From Enoplolaimus lenunculus (Eukaryota): a stretch of 64,000 nt of DNA. Position numbers and translations under genes: made by a program. The notes under the pieces were generated by a model that saw only the letters and a program-made list of their open reading frames with translations, had not been told where the DNA came from and did not search any database. Position 1 is the first letter of the stretch; every line of letters begins with the position of its first letter. Positions 29,301 through 40,856 of this stretch are shown here, piece by piece. Location of the stretch: NCBI GenBank assembly GCA_030248215.1, contig JASANG010001013.1:496001-560000 (forward strand), in the 5' to 3' direction.

Positions 29301-30201
29301 AATTTTCAACGCACAATTTGTGTTTTAATCCAAGACGTTGCAAAAAGGCCTAAGGACGTAGGTCCCGTTTTGATCCCTGACAGTTAAGGACGCTTAGTTT
29401 TTAGGCAAGGGTGCGTCACATAACGAATGCGATGAAACTTATCACGGGGCTCATCCGTTCAGTGAACCAGAAGCCCGAGCAGTTGGGGTTGCAGTTAGCA
29501 TTTTAAAGCCAGATTTGGAAGCGTTTCTTACACTTCATTCTTACGGACAACTGTGGACATTTCCATACGGACACGAGTATAACGTTCGACCGTATGATTG
29601 GCAAGAACTGGTGTGCAAACTGCAGTTTGTGTCATTTTTGCACTTGCAGTGTGCAACTTGCACGTAATTTCTGCAATTTGTGTGATTTGCACTTGCAGTT
29701 TGTAATTTGCTCGCAATTTTGTGCAATTTTTTGCAATTTGCACTGTCAGGTTGCAATTACTTTTCACCACAGTCTACAGTTAGTGATTGCACTTTGCAGG
29801 TTGCCAATCGTTTGCAATTTTGTGCAATTAGTAATTGCGCTGAACCTACAATGTTATGCAATTACCAATTGCATTTGCAGTTTGCTAATTTTTACTGTAA
29901 TTTTTGTAATTATTATTTGCACTACAGTTGCAATTTGCATGCAATTAGTAATTGCACTCGCAGATGTAACTTTGAATTGCGACCTCACTTGCTTGCGAAA
30001 AACTGCACTCATAATGCAATACGGCACCAGTTCCCATAATAATTACGTGTTTTGCATCGAATCACAGGCTGGAAGCAACCGAAAAACTAGACATTGCAAG
30101 TAACACAGTATGTTTTAAAAAACATTTACCATCATTATACATACATACATACATACATACATACATACATACATACATACATACATACATACATACATAC
30201 A

Positions 30202-30237
<36 letters not shown>

Positions 30238-33200
30238 TATATCAGAGTTCCAACAGGAACTAAATTTTGTCGGAACAGGAACAGGAACAGGAATTGAATT
30301 TCTTTGCAGGAATCGGAACAGGCACCGGAATCTGAATCATTTTCATAACCGAAAATTACTATTGGACTTTTTGACAAAGTGGTCAAAAAACCCTTAAACT
30401 AAATTTGCAGCTATTTTATCACTAATTTTTGCGAAAACTTATGAGAGACAGTTTGTTTATTAACAAAATTGAACTATAATCGCAAATAATTACGTGCATT
30501 TCAAAATGACAATTTTTCAAAGACACAGTTTAAAATATTCAAATGATTATTGATAATTTGCCACAAAACCGTAAAAATTCCGGTTCTGGCAGGTTTGAAT
30601 GCTGGAACAGGAACAGGAACAGGGATCGAATTTCTGCAGGAATTCCGGCCGGAACTGCAATTCCGGTCAAACCCTGATATATATATTTAGCGGGCAATCA
30701 TAGTTTTGAATTTTCGTTTAAAATTTTCAAATTTTTTCCAGGCAAAGGCTCAAGCGTAGACCCATGCAAAGAGACCTTTCATGGCTCAAAAGCGTTTTCT
30801 GAAATCGAGTCGCGCGCCGTCCAGTATCAAGTGCGTCGGATTCGCAGTTCACTGCAAGGATTTATTACACTGCATTCGTACTCACAAATTTGGATGTACC
30901 CGTACGGCCATGATTATAATAAGCGGCCACGGGACTGGAAAGAGCTGGTAAGATCAAATCTTTTTCCGCCACCCCCCCATCCAAATGTGACAAGCATAAC
31001 CCATATAAAAGAACCGCAGACAGCGCAAGATTTTGGCGGTTGGTTGCACGTGTCGTAAGGATATTTTGCAGATGTAGGATCAAGTAATGTCAACCCCCTT
31101 TATAGGCCTAAAACAGCATATACCCCCAACACAGGAAGGTATCCAGTCTAAGATTATAGGCGTAATTTCAGAAGGAACGCAAACAAATTCAGCAGTCATA
31201 TAGGACTGCACCCCATTCTGCATGTATTGCATTCACGACTGCACATATGATTTTTTCTAATATTAATTTTCAAGTTTCAAGCACCACTGCGTAGACTCGT
31301 AGCCAGCTCACCCTGCTCGGCAGGGATAAACATTTTTCAAGAGGGGCATACAAGGATTTCGTTGACTTACATGCAACGGTTGATAATTTTCTAGGGACCA
31401 AAGTATTTTCAGGGGTCGGTGAGACCACCGTTGGTCTTCCTGTGGATATGAGCCTGTCACTGAGCAAAGAATTCTTGCTGTTTTTTTTATTTTTTGAAAC
31501 AATTTTAAAATTCGAACCACTAAGATCGGTAAGGATAGTTTGATTGAACGATAGTAAGTTGGAAAAGTCCTATAAACATATTGACAAGACAGAGATTTGA
31601 GAATATTAACATGAAATTTATGTAAAAAAACAAACACATTTTTAATTTAAGCAAAGATTCGTTCTAAATTTTGGTCACCAACAAACTACAGGTGCTACAG
31701 ACATTTGAGAATACAAACTAATAGTTTAAAAACTGAAATTTATTTTTTTGCCAAAATTTGATTTTTATTTTGACCCGTTCACTCATAGAGTATACTATGA
31801 GCAACTAAATAAAATAATGTAAGAGCAATACACACAATGTGAACAGTGTTTAACATTTATAACATATACACGCAGTGTAAAATCTCCACAAGACGTGAGA
31901 GCCCCCTGGGGCTCGAGCGTCAAGCTCCTATAGCTCAGTGGTCATCGTAAACGCCTCCCACCCGTGAGACTGGGGATCGAATCTTATCTTGAAATTACAT
32001 CTCATATGAAATTGAAAATATTCATGTGAGAAAGGGATAATATATTTCGGAGCTGATATATATTTTCAGCACGTGTGCATGAGTTACCGTCTGAAATAGA
32101 TGCTACACACATTTAAGAATACTGACGCTGGAATTCTTTCAGTTTAAAAATTTGACTAAAACATTGTTTAAAGTTTCAAAAGATTTTTGTTTCAAATTTA
32201 TTAAATATGTTTTTTGTTATATTTCAGCTACGAATTGCTCGAAAAGCTGCTCACACGTTGAAATCGTATTATGGTAAATCGTTCACTGTTGATACTGGTG
32301 CAAATGCGCTATGTAAGTTAGTAATTGCGGCCAATGTTACTTTTAGGTGCGTAACAGTAGATTAAGCGTATTCCTAAGCCTAAGCCTAAGGGTTGCAAAA
32401 ATGTATTCGTAAGCTTAAGCTTAAGCAAAATGTCGTCTACAATCTAAACCGACTTTTTAATAGACCCACCAGAAACTTGGACGCCCGTCAAAGTAACATG
32501 GGCCATAATTGTCATATGAAACCATTTTGTAAGCATTAAAAAGTTGTAAAGTATCACATAAACCATTAAATATAAACTACATCTTTCACAGTAAGTTGCA
32601 TCGCCAAGTTTTCTAACTTTGTCCAAATCTTTTTCTAACATTCTTCTGCACCCGTAGCCAGAGGTAGAAGGGGCTTAAGGGGGCTCAGCCAAGTGGAGCA
32701 ATTTTGCCCCCGCCTAGAACATTTTCAACATTGCTTGTACGTCATCAAAAACTGTTGCATGTCCTTCCTGAAAATTTTTTAGATCCATTAGCAAGGTGAG
32801 CTGGCTACGGGTGTGTTCGCTCATGCTTTAAAACGCAAATAGAAACTTTGTTGAAATTATAATTTATAATCTGATGTTCAACGAAATAATCAACTACAAA
32901 AAACTTTTGAAAGCGAAATTTCGAAACGAAAGTACGAAAATCGAAATCATGTGACTATAACACATTTCAGCGTTTTGCAATCATCGGCCAATTGTATCAA
33001 AGCATTTAATGAAACCTTGAATTTTCCTTTGAAACCAATCAAAAATACTGAGCTACGATTGGCTAAAAAGTATTCTTTGAAATTGTTGCTTTTTCGGCGA
33101 ATTATCCAACAATAACCAATCAACGCACATCACGCATCATTTTGCAATATTTAATTTTTCTAAATTTCAGATCCAGCATCAGGTGGTTCCGACGATTGGG

Positions 33201-36200
33201 CCAAAGGTAAAATGAACATCAAATATGTTTACCTTATCGAGTTACGACCAGAAGACGAAGCCGAGGTCCCTGCTCGCCGCAGACAGTCCCATTTCGGATT
33301 CTTACTACCCGAATCGCAAATTGTTCCAATGTGCGAAGAAACGTGGGGCGGTATACAAGTGGTCGCTGATGCGATACTCAAACGCAACAACATTAGCCCG
33401 AACGCTGCGAGTAAAGTTGCATGTGGCTGTGGGAAATTTGTTTTTCATCGTGGGGAAATGTTGTTGACCGTGGGAAAATACTTGATAGTTGTGGGAAAAT
33501 TGTAGTTTATCGTGGGAAAATAGTTTTCATCACGTCATAATATAGAACGCGTGGGTCCTGTCAAAAAGTTGTAGATTCCCACTTATTTGAGCATACAGTC
33601 TGGGTTGTGGTTGGACGATCGTTATTTGGTTATTTTTTTATTTCAAAGGCTTACGTGAGTTTATGAAAGGTTTTTGTCTTGCCAGATATTGTGATATATT
33701 AATCAAAGTACTTAATATAATACGCTTTAGACTATTTTTTCTATTACTTTAACCTCTGCTTTTGTTGCGTCTAACTGTGGACCTAGTTCTCAAACGGTTA
33801 TGGCACCCAAGATATTACAGGGATCTCATACACAATCTTCCCGGTCAGATGCCTTTCATAAATAATCTCACTCCACATGAATTTCTCTCATAAACCATCT
33901 CCCCTCACGCGTACTGGGGGCAGATTATCTATGAGATCCTGTTGTGGACCATGGGTAAACGAGCGTATTGGGTTGTGGTCATTGAAAGACTCGACAACTG
34001 AGCGGCTGAGTAGCCTGTTTTAATTGAGAGGGGTGAAGGTAGTTGAAAATCAAGCTTGAAGTATTTCAAAAAATTCGTGAGCAATTCGAGCTGAAAATTT
34101 GACAATTTTAAGCTGATTAAAAAGTTTAGTTTCGGGTTCGTTCGGACGAATGATCTGATCGCTAGATTGCCCAGATTTGCCCGTGTGAGCTAAGCCCATA
34201 TTCTCAAATGTATATAGCAAGTATCATCAGTTGGTAGTAGGTTTGCAAACCAATTATTGCAGTTGTTGAACTCCAAATTGGCACAACAATAGAACAAATA
34301 ATATGAGAAAAATGTGCTAAATTTTGAGCCTCAGTATTCATTGCGTCGAAAGTTATAAAACATATCACCAACTGATGAAAGGTGGTGTACACATTCGAGA
34401 ATACGGGACCTAGAATCAATTTTAGTGTTGATCCTTTTGAAGCTTGCAACAATTACATAAGTTTACGAACTGGGGGTATGGCTCTCTCAGATTACACATT
34501 TAAGAGGGGGGTGGGTAGGAACAGACCTTAATTTTTACAATTTAGCCTTTTCCAACAAAACACTTGGTTTTTGCTGCAAATTCAAGGTTTGAACAATATT
34601 ATGAAACGCATTGTTGTACCGTACGTGTCTTCAAATATCAGGCCAGCTGTACCTGCCGATGATGACCTAGATATCCAGATACATCGAGTTCCAGCTAACG
34701 GTAACTCAGATCTCGTCGAGAACAGCAGACAGCCAGTCCTGCACAACCCAGAGCAGCTTAGCTATCCTAGATCAAAATTTCGTCCAGACGATCTAGCTAG
34801 CAGCGGCACATCTGGGATAGTTAGAGCTCAAAATCTAGACGATAGAGTGTCTAGACCGAGCTCTGATCTAGATTTTGAGCCGCTATCTCGACCGTACCCT
34901 CAGAGTAGTGAGTCGGATCGCCCTGAGCGTACGGCAACTCAAGACGATTGCTCTGATAGCGGAGAGTATTGCGATTGGTGGGCGTCGCTTGGCGCATGCA
35001 CTGCGTGGCAACAAGACATGGCATCTGCGTGTGCTGCAACTTGCAAATATTGTTAATTGCTAAAAAAATTGCTGTTTGCAATTGTTGCAGAGTGCGACTC
35101 TGGTGAGTATAGTGCAACACACTCGATGCAAGATTGCACTCACGAATTGTGTTCATCATATTTGTTTTGTATCGCAAGCATTTCACCAGCACAAGCGTTT
35201 TGAGTAATTGTAAATCAAACAGTACTGTTTAAAAACTTAAACTTAAATTATAGCTTAACTAAACTTCAACATTAATTTAAGCAAGAGTGGATGATGTCCA
35301 CCTGCAGAAGAGTGTACAACGGAGCGCTAATGTATGGCACAAAGTGTAGAAGCACGCGTTGCATTTTTGCTCGACTGTCTTCTCAATTTGGGGGGGTAGT
35401 CACCATTTAAACTACGTAGAAAACGTAGGAGTTAAATTATAATCGGAGCGACTTTAGCTAAAATTAAAACAATTACTTAAACGTACCCCCCCAAAAAAAT
35501 AAGGGGGGAACAAAAAACGCAACGCATGCCGGGTACATTCTTTTCTACACAGAATATACACAGTTGCACACTCTTGTGAAAATGGTCCACTCTTTATTTA
35601 AGTAAAACTCAAATGGATGGGCAGACTAAACTAAACTAGAATTTTATGGTTTACTTAAAGTAACCTATTTTGAGTTTAACACGAGTTTAAGTAAACTTAT
35701 TTTTAGCTGAAGTAACAAATCCAGCTCAGAAATAATTATATCAAAGAGTTCACTAAGTTAGACTTAAACTAAAAATACTTAAGATTTCAGATTAATTTAA
35801 GCGTAAACCTACCTGTTAGTTCAGTTGATCTAATAAGTTAGTTTAATACTGCTGGATTAGCTTAAGCTTGAATCAAGTTAGTTTAAGCTTTTAGAGAGTA
35901 CCATATAGAGCCTTTCACGTAAATTTTGCTGCGGACGCAATAGCATTCTGTCACCAGGGTCCACTCGTGTAGCTGAAATTCAGTTTCACGAAGATTCAAC
36001 CACATTTCTAAGTAACAAAATTTTGGATTCCAGAAAAGCTGACGATTCTAATCTTGTAAAAGTGCTTGTTTTGTCGTCTCTCGACAATCTCGGAAGAGTT
36101 GATATATCCCATACCTCTCCCGTTGTATACACCCCCTGGTGACAAATTACAAACGTTTCCAGGGGTCAGGTGCGTTAATTACCCCTGATAACTTTTCTTC

Positions 36201-39200
36201 CAACTATTTAATTGTCATAAGTAGAGATGTGTGGGTATCACGATTTTCGTCGTGCTCCATAAAATTTATTTCCCAAAAATTCGGAAAATTTTAGGCAAAA
36301 ATAGCAATCATGGTAAACAGTGCCGGAGCCGGCGGCGGGGGGTCCCTCAAATTCCAGGGTGGGGGGGCACCAAACTCGCGAGTGAAGCGAGCGAGAAGTC
36401 AGACGCATTTTAAAGCTTAAACGGTTTTTGCTTCAACCGGTTAGGCTGGGTGTCCCTTTAGGGGTGGGGCCCCTAAATGGGGGGTGTAGGGTGGCTGCCC
36501 CGGCCCTGATGGTAAATGGCAGATAACTAACTGGTCGTGATTTTAGGTTCCAATTTACCGAAGGTCCAATATTTTATCGCCAATTCCGCATTACCACATT
36601 GAGTCCTGATTCAAGACCTTTATTCTAGGGACGCCCCACCACGATAGCCATTCGTACAGGTGGCTAATTGCGGTGACAGGATGGCGTTGCATGTTGCTAA
36701 TTTACTTAGACTACTCTTGTATTCGCGGTCCACGTAATGTTCAGGGACGTAACGTTTTCCTGCGTGACTGCAATAGAGTAAGCTTAAGCTTTAGACTTAA
36801 TTTTTTTGCTTATATACGTTTAGGCTTAGGCATAGGCTTAGGCTTAGGTATAGACAGGTTTAGGTTCAGGTATAGGTTCATGCTTAGGCTTAGGTATAGG
36901 CTTGCCCTGCTTTGGCTCATGCTAAGGTATAAGCGTAGTGTGTACCCTGCTAAGGCTTAGGGTTACGCTTAAGCTTAATCTTAGGAATATGTTTACACTA
37001 CTGTTACGGCACTATTCTATACATTATTCATAATGCCTAAAATCAATGATAAATTGATTATTTAATACAGACTGTTTATATAATTTGTGGCTAAAACGTA
37101 ACTGATTAGCTAAGAAAAACGAAGGTATTCGTTCTTTTACATTTAATTAAAATTCAACTCAAAATAAGTTGATATAACCCAAATATGCCAAAGTTCTGGT
37201 ACCTCAAACCAAAATCACTGTAATGTATTTTTTTGTTCAAAAATAACCATATAATACAGTGTTACGTTAGTATTATTTCAACCATATATTAACCAAACTA
37301 AACTAACGGTGTCTAAATCTGATTTTCCAGTCTAAATATTATAAGCTTATATAAAAGCTTGTAGCGGTAATTGGTGCAATTTCGTTTCATTCAAATTTTT
37401 TAATTTTTAGTTCGCATGATAACTAAAACAATTGCAATCTTGGCCAATATTCTCAAATGTGTGTAGCATCTATCATTAGCTTGTGATCGGCGTTATAGTT
37501 TTCGAATTGGCCAATAGGAAGAATTGAAATTCGGCACAGAGTTCGTTTCTACGATACCACTGTGCCAATTTTGAAATCCGCAATGTCGTGACAGTTCGTC
37601 ACAGTTTGGTAACTTATCGCTAACTGGTAATAGGCGCTATACGCATTTGAAAATATGGGCCCAGGTACGGTTCGGTCAGTGATTTGGCACGTTTACTAAC
37701 AAGTATTACTTAATTTTCTATATACTGGGGAACACTTAACCTACTTGTATTTTTTCGCGAGGTTCATTACTGTTGTGGCTAAGACTGTCAGCTGGTGTTG
37801 ATGGTATATTCTTATAAAAATATTAATTTGATTGAAGACCAAACTTACCCCCAACCTCTGATTATTAAAGATTTTGCTTAGGCAGAAGCTTAGACTTAAG
37901 CTAAAACTTGAGCTAATCTTCAGCTTCAGCCAATCTTAGTTCGAGCTTTGTTTGAGGATTGATCAGACATTAATGTACCCACTAGTTTCAGATAAGCTGC
38001 TTCGGTCTGGTTGATACCTTAAGGTGGGTTCCTCCTGAAAGGCGATGGGGGCCTTAAAATCCGGCATCTACTTTTCCCGTTTATGTATTACTAAAACCTG
38101 TAAGACACTTTTAAGCTTCTTACTGTAAATAGATTAGCATTTTTCAGCTTAATGGAGCTAACCCGAACAAGTACAAGCCAATCAGTTATTACTAACATAT
38201 AATCCAATGGTAATTGTTTATAAGGGGTCTGGCCGCGGAGAAATGGGGACACTATGTGCCTCAGAGGCTGTGGGACTTAAGGCTTAGGATTACTGTCACG
38301 ATTTGGCTTAGTAGCCAGGAATTATATTCAACAAGGTCCAACAAATTGATACTTGTTTAGTTTCCATTCCGCCATTCTGGTGTTAATTCGACGGATGTTG
38401 CAAGTACGCCCAAGAGTGATAATATAATTACAATATCATATGCTTAAGCTTAGGCTTAGGCTCAGATTTAAGCTTAGGCTTAGGTTTAGGTTTAGGCTTG
38501 TTATATATGGGACTAAACATATTACGTAGGGGAAACAAACGAGCACCAAAATATCTTGGCAAACGAAAGGATAATTTACTGGTTAACCTTGTGATGAAAT
38601 AAATTGGTATACAATCCATCAGGGTATAACTGGAGATGAAATATACGACAGCCGGAACCGTACCGGAAGTCAACAAAATTCGCCGGACCCGGAAGTAATG
38701 CCTCAGATGAGGCGAAATTAGGTAATTTATATGATGTTTAGTTTACAAATTTTAGCTAATTTCTGTAACGAAATCGTATTAAATGTTTTTTGTTTTATGC
38801 CAATTTTTTGCGCGAATTCTACGGCAATTTTGTCATCAAAAACCGTACCAAAAGTAAAAACGAAACATATCAAATAAATAAATTCTGTAAAACAATGCAA
38901 AATTTCACTACCGAAATTGCTGGCACTTCCGGAAGTCAATCTACCATAGGCCAAAGACTGAGTTTGATTGTGTGCCGAATCCGGAGTCGGAGGCAGACCA
39001 CCGGTTGTATCTTGCAATTCATAATAGTTGAGGTATTAAAAAGGCTCCAATGAACATCGACTGTTGGGCCCAAGTTACTTTTAGGACCGTCCCGGTTTCT
39101 GATGGGTCTGTAAAAGAGTAGGCTTTCATTTTAGACTACATTTTTTTGCTTAGGCTTAGGCTTATGCTTTTGGTTAGGCTTAGGCTTAGGCTTAGGCTTA

Positions 39201-39751
39201 GGCTTAGGCTTAGGCTTAGGCTTATGCTTTTGCTTAGGCTTAGGCTTAGGCTTATGCTTTTGGTTACGCTTAGGCTTAGGCTTATGCTTAGGCTTAGGCT
39301 TTTGCTTAGGCTTAGGCTTAGGCTTATGCTTTTGCTTAGGCTTAGGCTTAGGCTTAGGCTTATGCTTAGGCTTAGGAATACGCTTTTGCAACGTTTTGGC
39401 TTAGGCTCAGGCTTAGGAATGCGCTTAACCTCCTACTGTTGCGGCCCTAAAAGTAACATTGACCGACCTTTGTATAGTTATTTTTAGTTTAATAGTCTAC
39501 ATTTATTATAGTTGTATTTTTTAGTTCGTTTTTTTGAGTAGTTGTCTAAAACCCCTATTTTAGATACTAACACTGGCGTTCGGCCGCCTTCAAAACAACA
39601 ACAACCACAACGCTCAACGTCAACGACCCCTGATCCTTGTACAGATTTACGCGACGATTGCGAGTATTATCAGAGCCGGCAACTCTGCTATTCAGTTGAA
39701 CTGTATTGCGCTCGTACTTGTGAAACTTGTCAGAAACAACACAAAACATAA
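20347..39751 (+). CDS. Secreted M14A zinc carboxypeptidase (A/B type, pro-domain, C-terminal ShK). Exons 20347-20561, 22144-22228, 23665-23801, 24072-24183, 24523-24648, 26348-26458, 26735-26845, 28158-28257, [29405-29610 or 30742-30947], 32228-32312, 33171-33410, then terminal exon ~34587/34647-35056 or 39564-39751
   Basis: Phases join consistently. Hydrophobic N-terminal segment, pro-peptide (GYKVF..LDFWKPP..VDVMV), DGGIHAREW (Zn ligands H69/E72), [26 protein letters not shown] (H196), [14 protein letters not shown] (E270), GFLLPESQI. The acceptor of the 34.6-kb exon is uncertain. Confidence 0.92.
20759..21021 (-). mobile_element. piggyBac-like tRNA-containing MITE copy
   Basis: TTAA on both sides, CCCT start, reverse-oriented homology. 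Confidence 0.78.
22239..22628. mobile_element. PIF/Harbinger-like GC-rich foldback MITE
   Basis: TTA TSD; TIR GGGTTGCGTTATACCT / AGGTACAGCGCAACGC; internal CCGTC/GACGG repeats; fragment near 39885-39945. Confidence 0.72.
23811..24040. repeat. (TTTG)n microsatellite filling carboxypeptidase intron 3
   Basis: Seen directly. Confidence 0.95.
25819..26244. mobile_element. TA-flanked MITE (TIR CT[A/G]TAG..ACC[C/T]GAATAAGA)
   Basis: Inverted ends; partial copies at ~54335-54650, 63038-63352 and ~58290-58398. Confidence 0.7.
27059..27223. mobile_element. hAT-like MITE (consensus TIR CAGGCCCGTAGCCAG, 8-bp TSD)
   Basis: TSD ataggccg/gtaggccg. Also 20007-20173 (gctggatg/actggatg), 18052-18212 (ggaaatta/gaaaatta), ~12688-12832, 16000-16160, 19135-19280, 27350-27510, 31295-31455, 32650-32815 and 51645-51805. 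Confidence 0.82.
28749..28891. repeat. ~72-bp direct tandem duplication
   Basis: aattctcagggaggctgtcgcccccc...gaaagactgccgc occurs twice. Confidence 0.9.
29405..29610 (+). CDS. Carboxypeptidase mutually exclusive exon 9a ([15 protein letters not shown]...[28 protein letters not shown])
   Basis: ttttag acceptor, gtgtgc donor, 206 nt, phase 1 in and phase 0 out, open frame; homologous to 30742-30947. Confidence 0.85.
29611..30010. repeat. Degenerate TTGCA(A/C/G)-rich tract starting at the exon 9a donor
   Basis: Dense TGCA palindromes and TTTGCAATT units. Confidence 0.75.
30138..30242. repeat. (TACA)n(TA)n microsatellite
   Basis: Seen directly. Confidence 0.95.
30243..30676. mobile_element. 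CAG-ended element with GGAACA/CCGGAA subterminal repeats, inserted in an (AT)n tract between exons 9a and 9b
   Basis: CAGAGTT..AACCCTG ends flanked by atatatat; related CCGG-rich elements at 25273-25600 and ~38650-39015. Confidence 0.55.
30742..30947 (+). CDS. Carboxypeptidase mutually exclusive exon 9b ([15 protein letters not shown]...[28 protein letters not shown])
   Basis: ttccag acceptor, gtaaga donor, 206 nt, same phases as 9a. Confidence 0.88.
31774..32036 (+). mobile_element. piggyBac-like tRNA-containing MITE copy
   Basis: Colinear with 40594-40856; degenerate TTAA flanks. Confidence 0.78.
34587..35056 (+). CDS. Carboxypeptidase terminal exon A: S/D/R/P-rich linker plus ShK domain ([35 protein letters not shown])
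   Basis: Six-Cys ShK spacing ending CxxTCxxC-stop. Phase-1-compatible acceptors at 34586 (AAG) or 34646 (CAG); start uncertain. Confidence 0.75.
37442..37661. mobile_element. MITE with TIR GGCC[C/A]ATATTCTCAAATGTGTGTAGCA
   Basis: Inverted ends; relatives at ~3998-4210, 10851-11068, 34193-34410 and 47547-47752. Shares GGCC(C/A)AT termini with the TTAGGC MITEs; TSD not clear. Confidence 0.78.
39067..39464. mobile_element. TTAGGC MITE family B with expanded ~270-bp TTAGGC-type array
   Basis: GGCCCAAGTTACTTTTAGG / CCTAAAAGTAACATTGACC termini. Confidence 0.85.
39564..39751 (+). CDS. Alternative terminal exon B: T/P/Q linker plus second ShK-type domain ([31 protein letters not shown])
   Basis: ttttag acceptor in phase 1, matching the donors at 33410 and 34907; ShK-type Cys pattern; TAA at 39749-39751. 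Confidence 0.72.
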
Positions 39752-40593
39752 ATTTTAGCCAATCGTTTAGTGATCATACACGTGCAAGTTTTTGCAACTG
39801 CAATCTTTTACGCCTGCAAACTGGGCCAGAATCACGTCATAGGCTTAGGCTTATGTTTAGGGTTCGTTTCTGTTTAAGCGCCGGTTGACGAACGGCACCG
39901 TAACGGATGGCGCTGGACGTCATCAAAAGTATAGCGTTACCCTATGTCATAACAGAGCTGCGAGCATTAGAATTTGGTTAAGGCTTAGGTTTAGGTTTAC
40001 ATCTTTATCTATGTCATGGCCAGATTCGATTCATTATATAATTTCACCGTTTATTTAAAACCGTAAACCAATGTTGAAATCGTCAAATAACAAAAACAAT
40101 TTATCCTTTTGTGATTCGCAATAATATTATGAGACCATGCGAAAAATTATTCTACGGTATTTTTCACACATTTAAAGTGGTTTAAAGGATATACACACTT
40201 TATTCCGACATATTCAACCTGCCATGATGTCTGTATAAGAATGTCCAGTTATGTGGACAACAGCCCTGTATGACCCAGAACGAAGACACGGGTAATTTAT
40301 TGTATTGACTCGACATATACAATCTACACCAACAGGAGCAGTTAGAAAGTAAACAAACGCAATATAACCGTAAACACGAAACATACTCAGTTGTAGTGAT
40401 TTTAGTTGAAATTTGAACAAATGGCCAATTTATAATGCAAATAAGTAAAACTACAGCTGTCATTTCCTGATTAATTAAGTAAATATTAACCTAAAAATTT
40501 TGTGTTTGCTTAAAATTAAAGTAAAACTTTGGTAAGCACCATAGTAAAACTGAAACCGACACTTAATTCGGCAACAGTTTTACTTAATTTTAA

Positions 40594-40856
40594 CCCTCTC
40601 ACTCAAAGAGTATACTATGAGCAACTAAATACAATAATATACGAACAATATACACACTGTGAGCATTGTTTAACAATTGTAACATATATGCGCAGAGCAA
40701 AATCTTCACAAGACGACAGAGCCCTCTCGGGCTCGAGAGTCAAGCTCCTATAGCTCAGTGGTTATCGTAAACGCCTCCAACCCGTGAGACTCGGGTTCGA
40801 ATCTTACCGTGAAATTACGTCTCAATTGAAATTGAAAATATTCATATGAGAAAGGG
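40594..40856 (+). mobile_element. piggyBac-like MITE with internal tRNA-like module
   Basis: TTAA|CCCT...AGGG|TTAA; internal TAGCTCAGTGG (A box) and GGGTTCGAATC (B box). Confidence 0.82.

Noticed and set aside
34642..34646. atcag acceptor at 34641 for the ShK1 exon
   Set aside because: It gives phase 2, incompatible with the phase-1 donor at 33410 unless an unseen exon intervenes.
3406..39487. KPKPKP / LRLRLR / LSLSLS ORFs (e.g. 3406-3998, 13963-14229, 16477-16797, 39131-39487)
   Set aside because: They are translations of TTAGGC/GCCTAA arrays inside MITEs.
40200..40463. Cys-rich minus-strand ORF or exon after a cag acceptor
   Set aside because: No recognisable domain or partner exons; cannot be supported.
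40744..40810. Functional tRNA gene
   Set aside because: The acceptor stem cannot close and the anticodon stem is imperfect; it is part of a repeated MITE.
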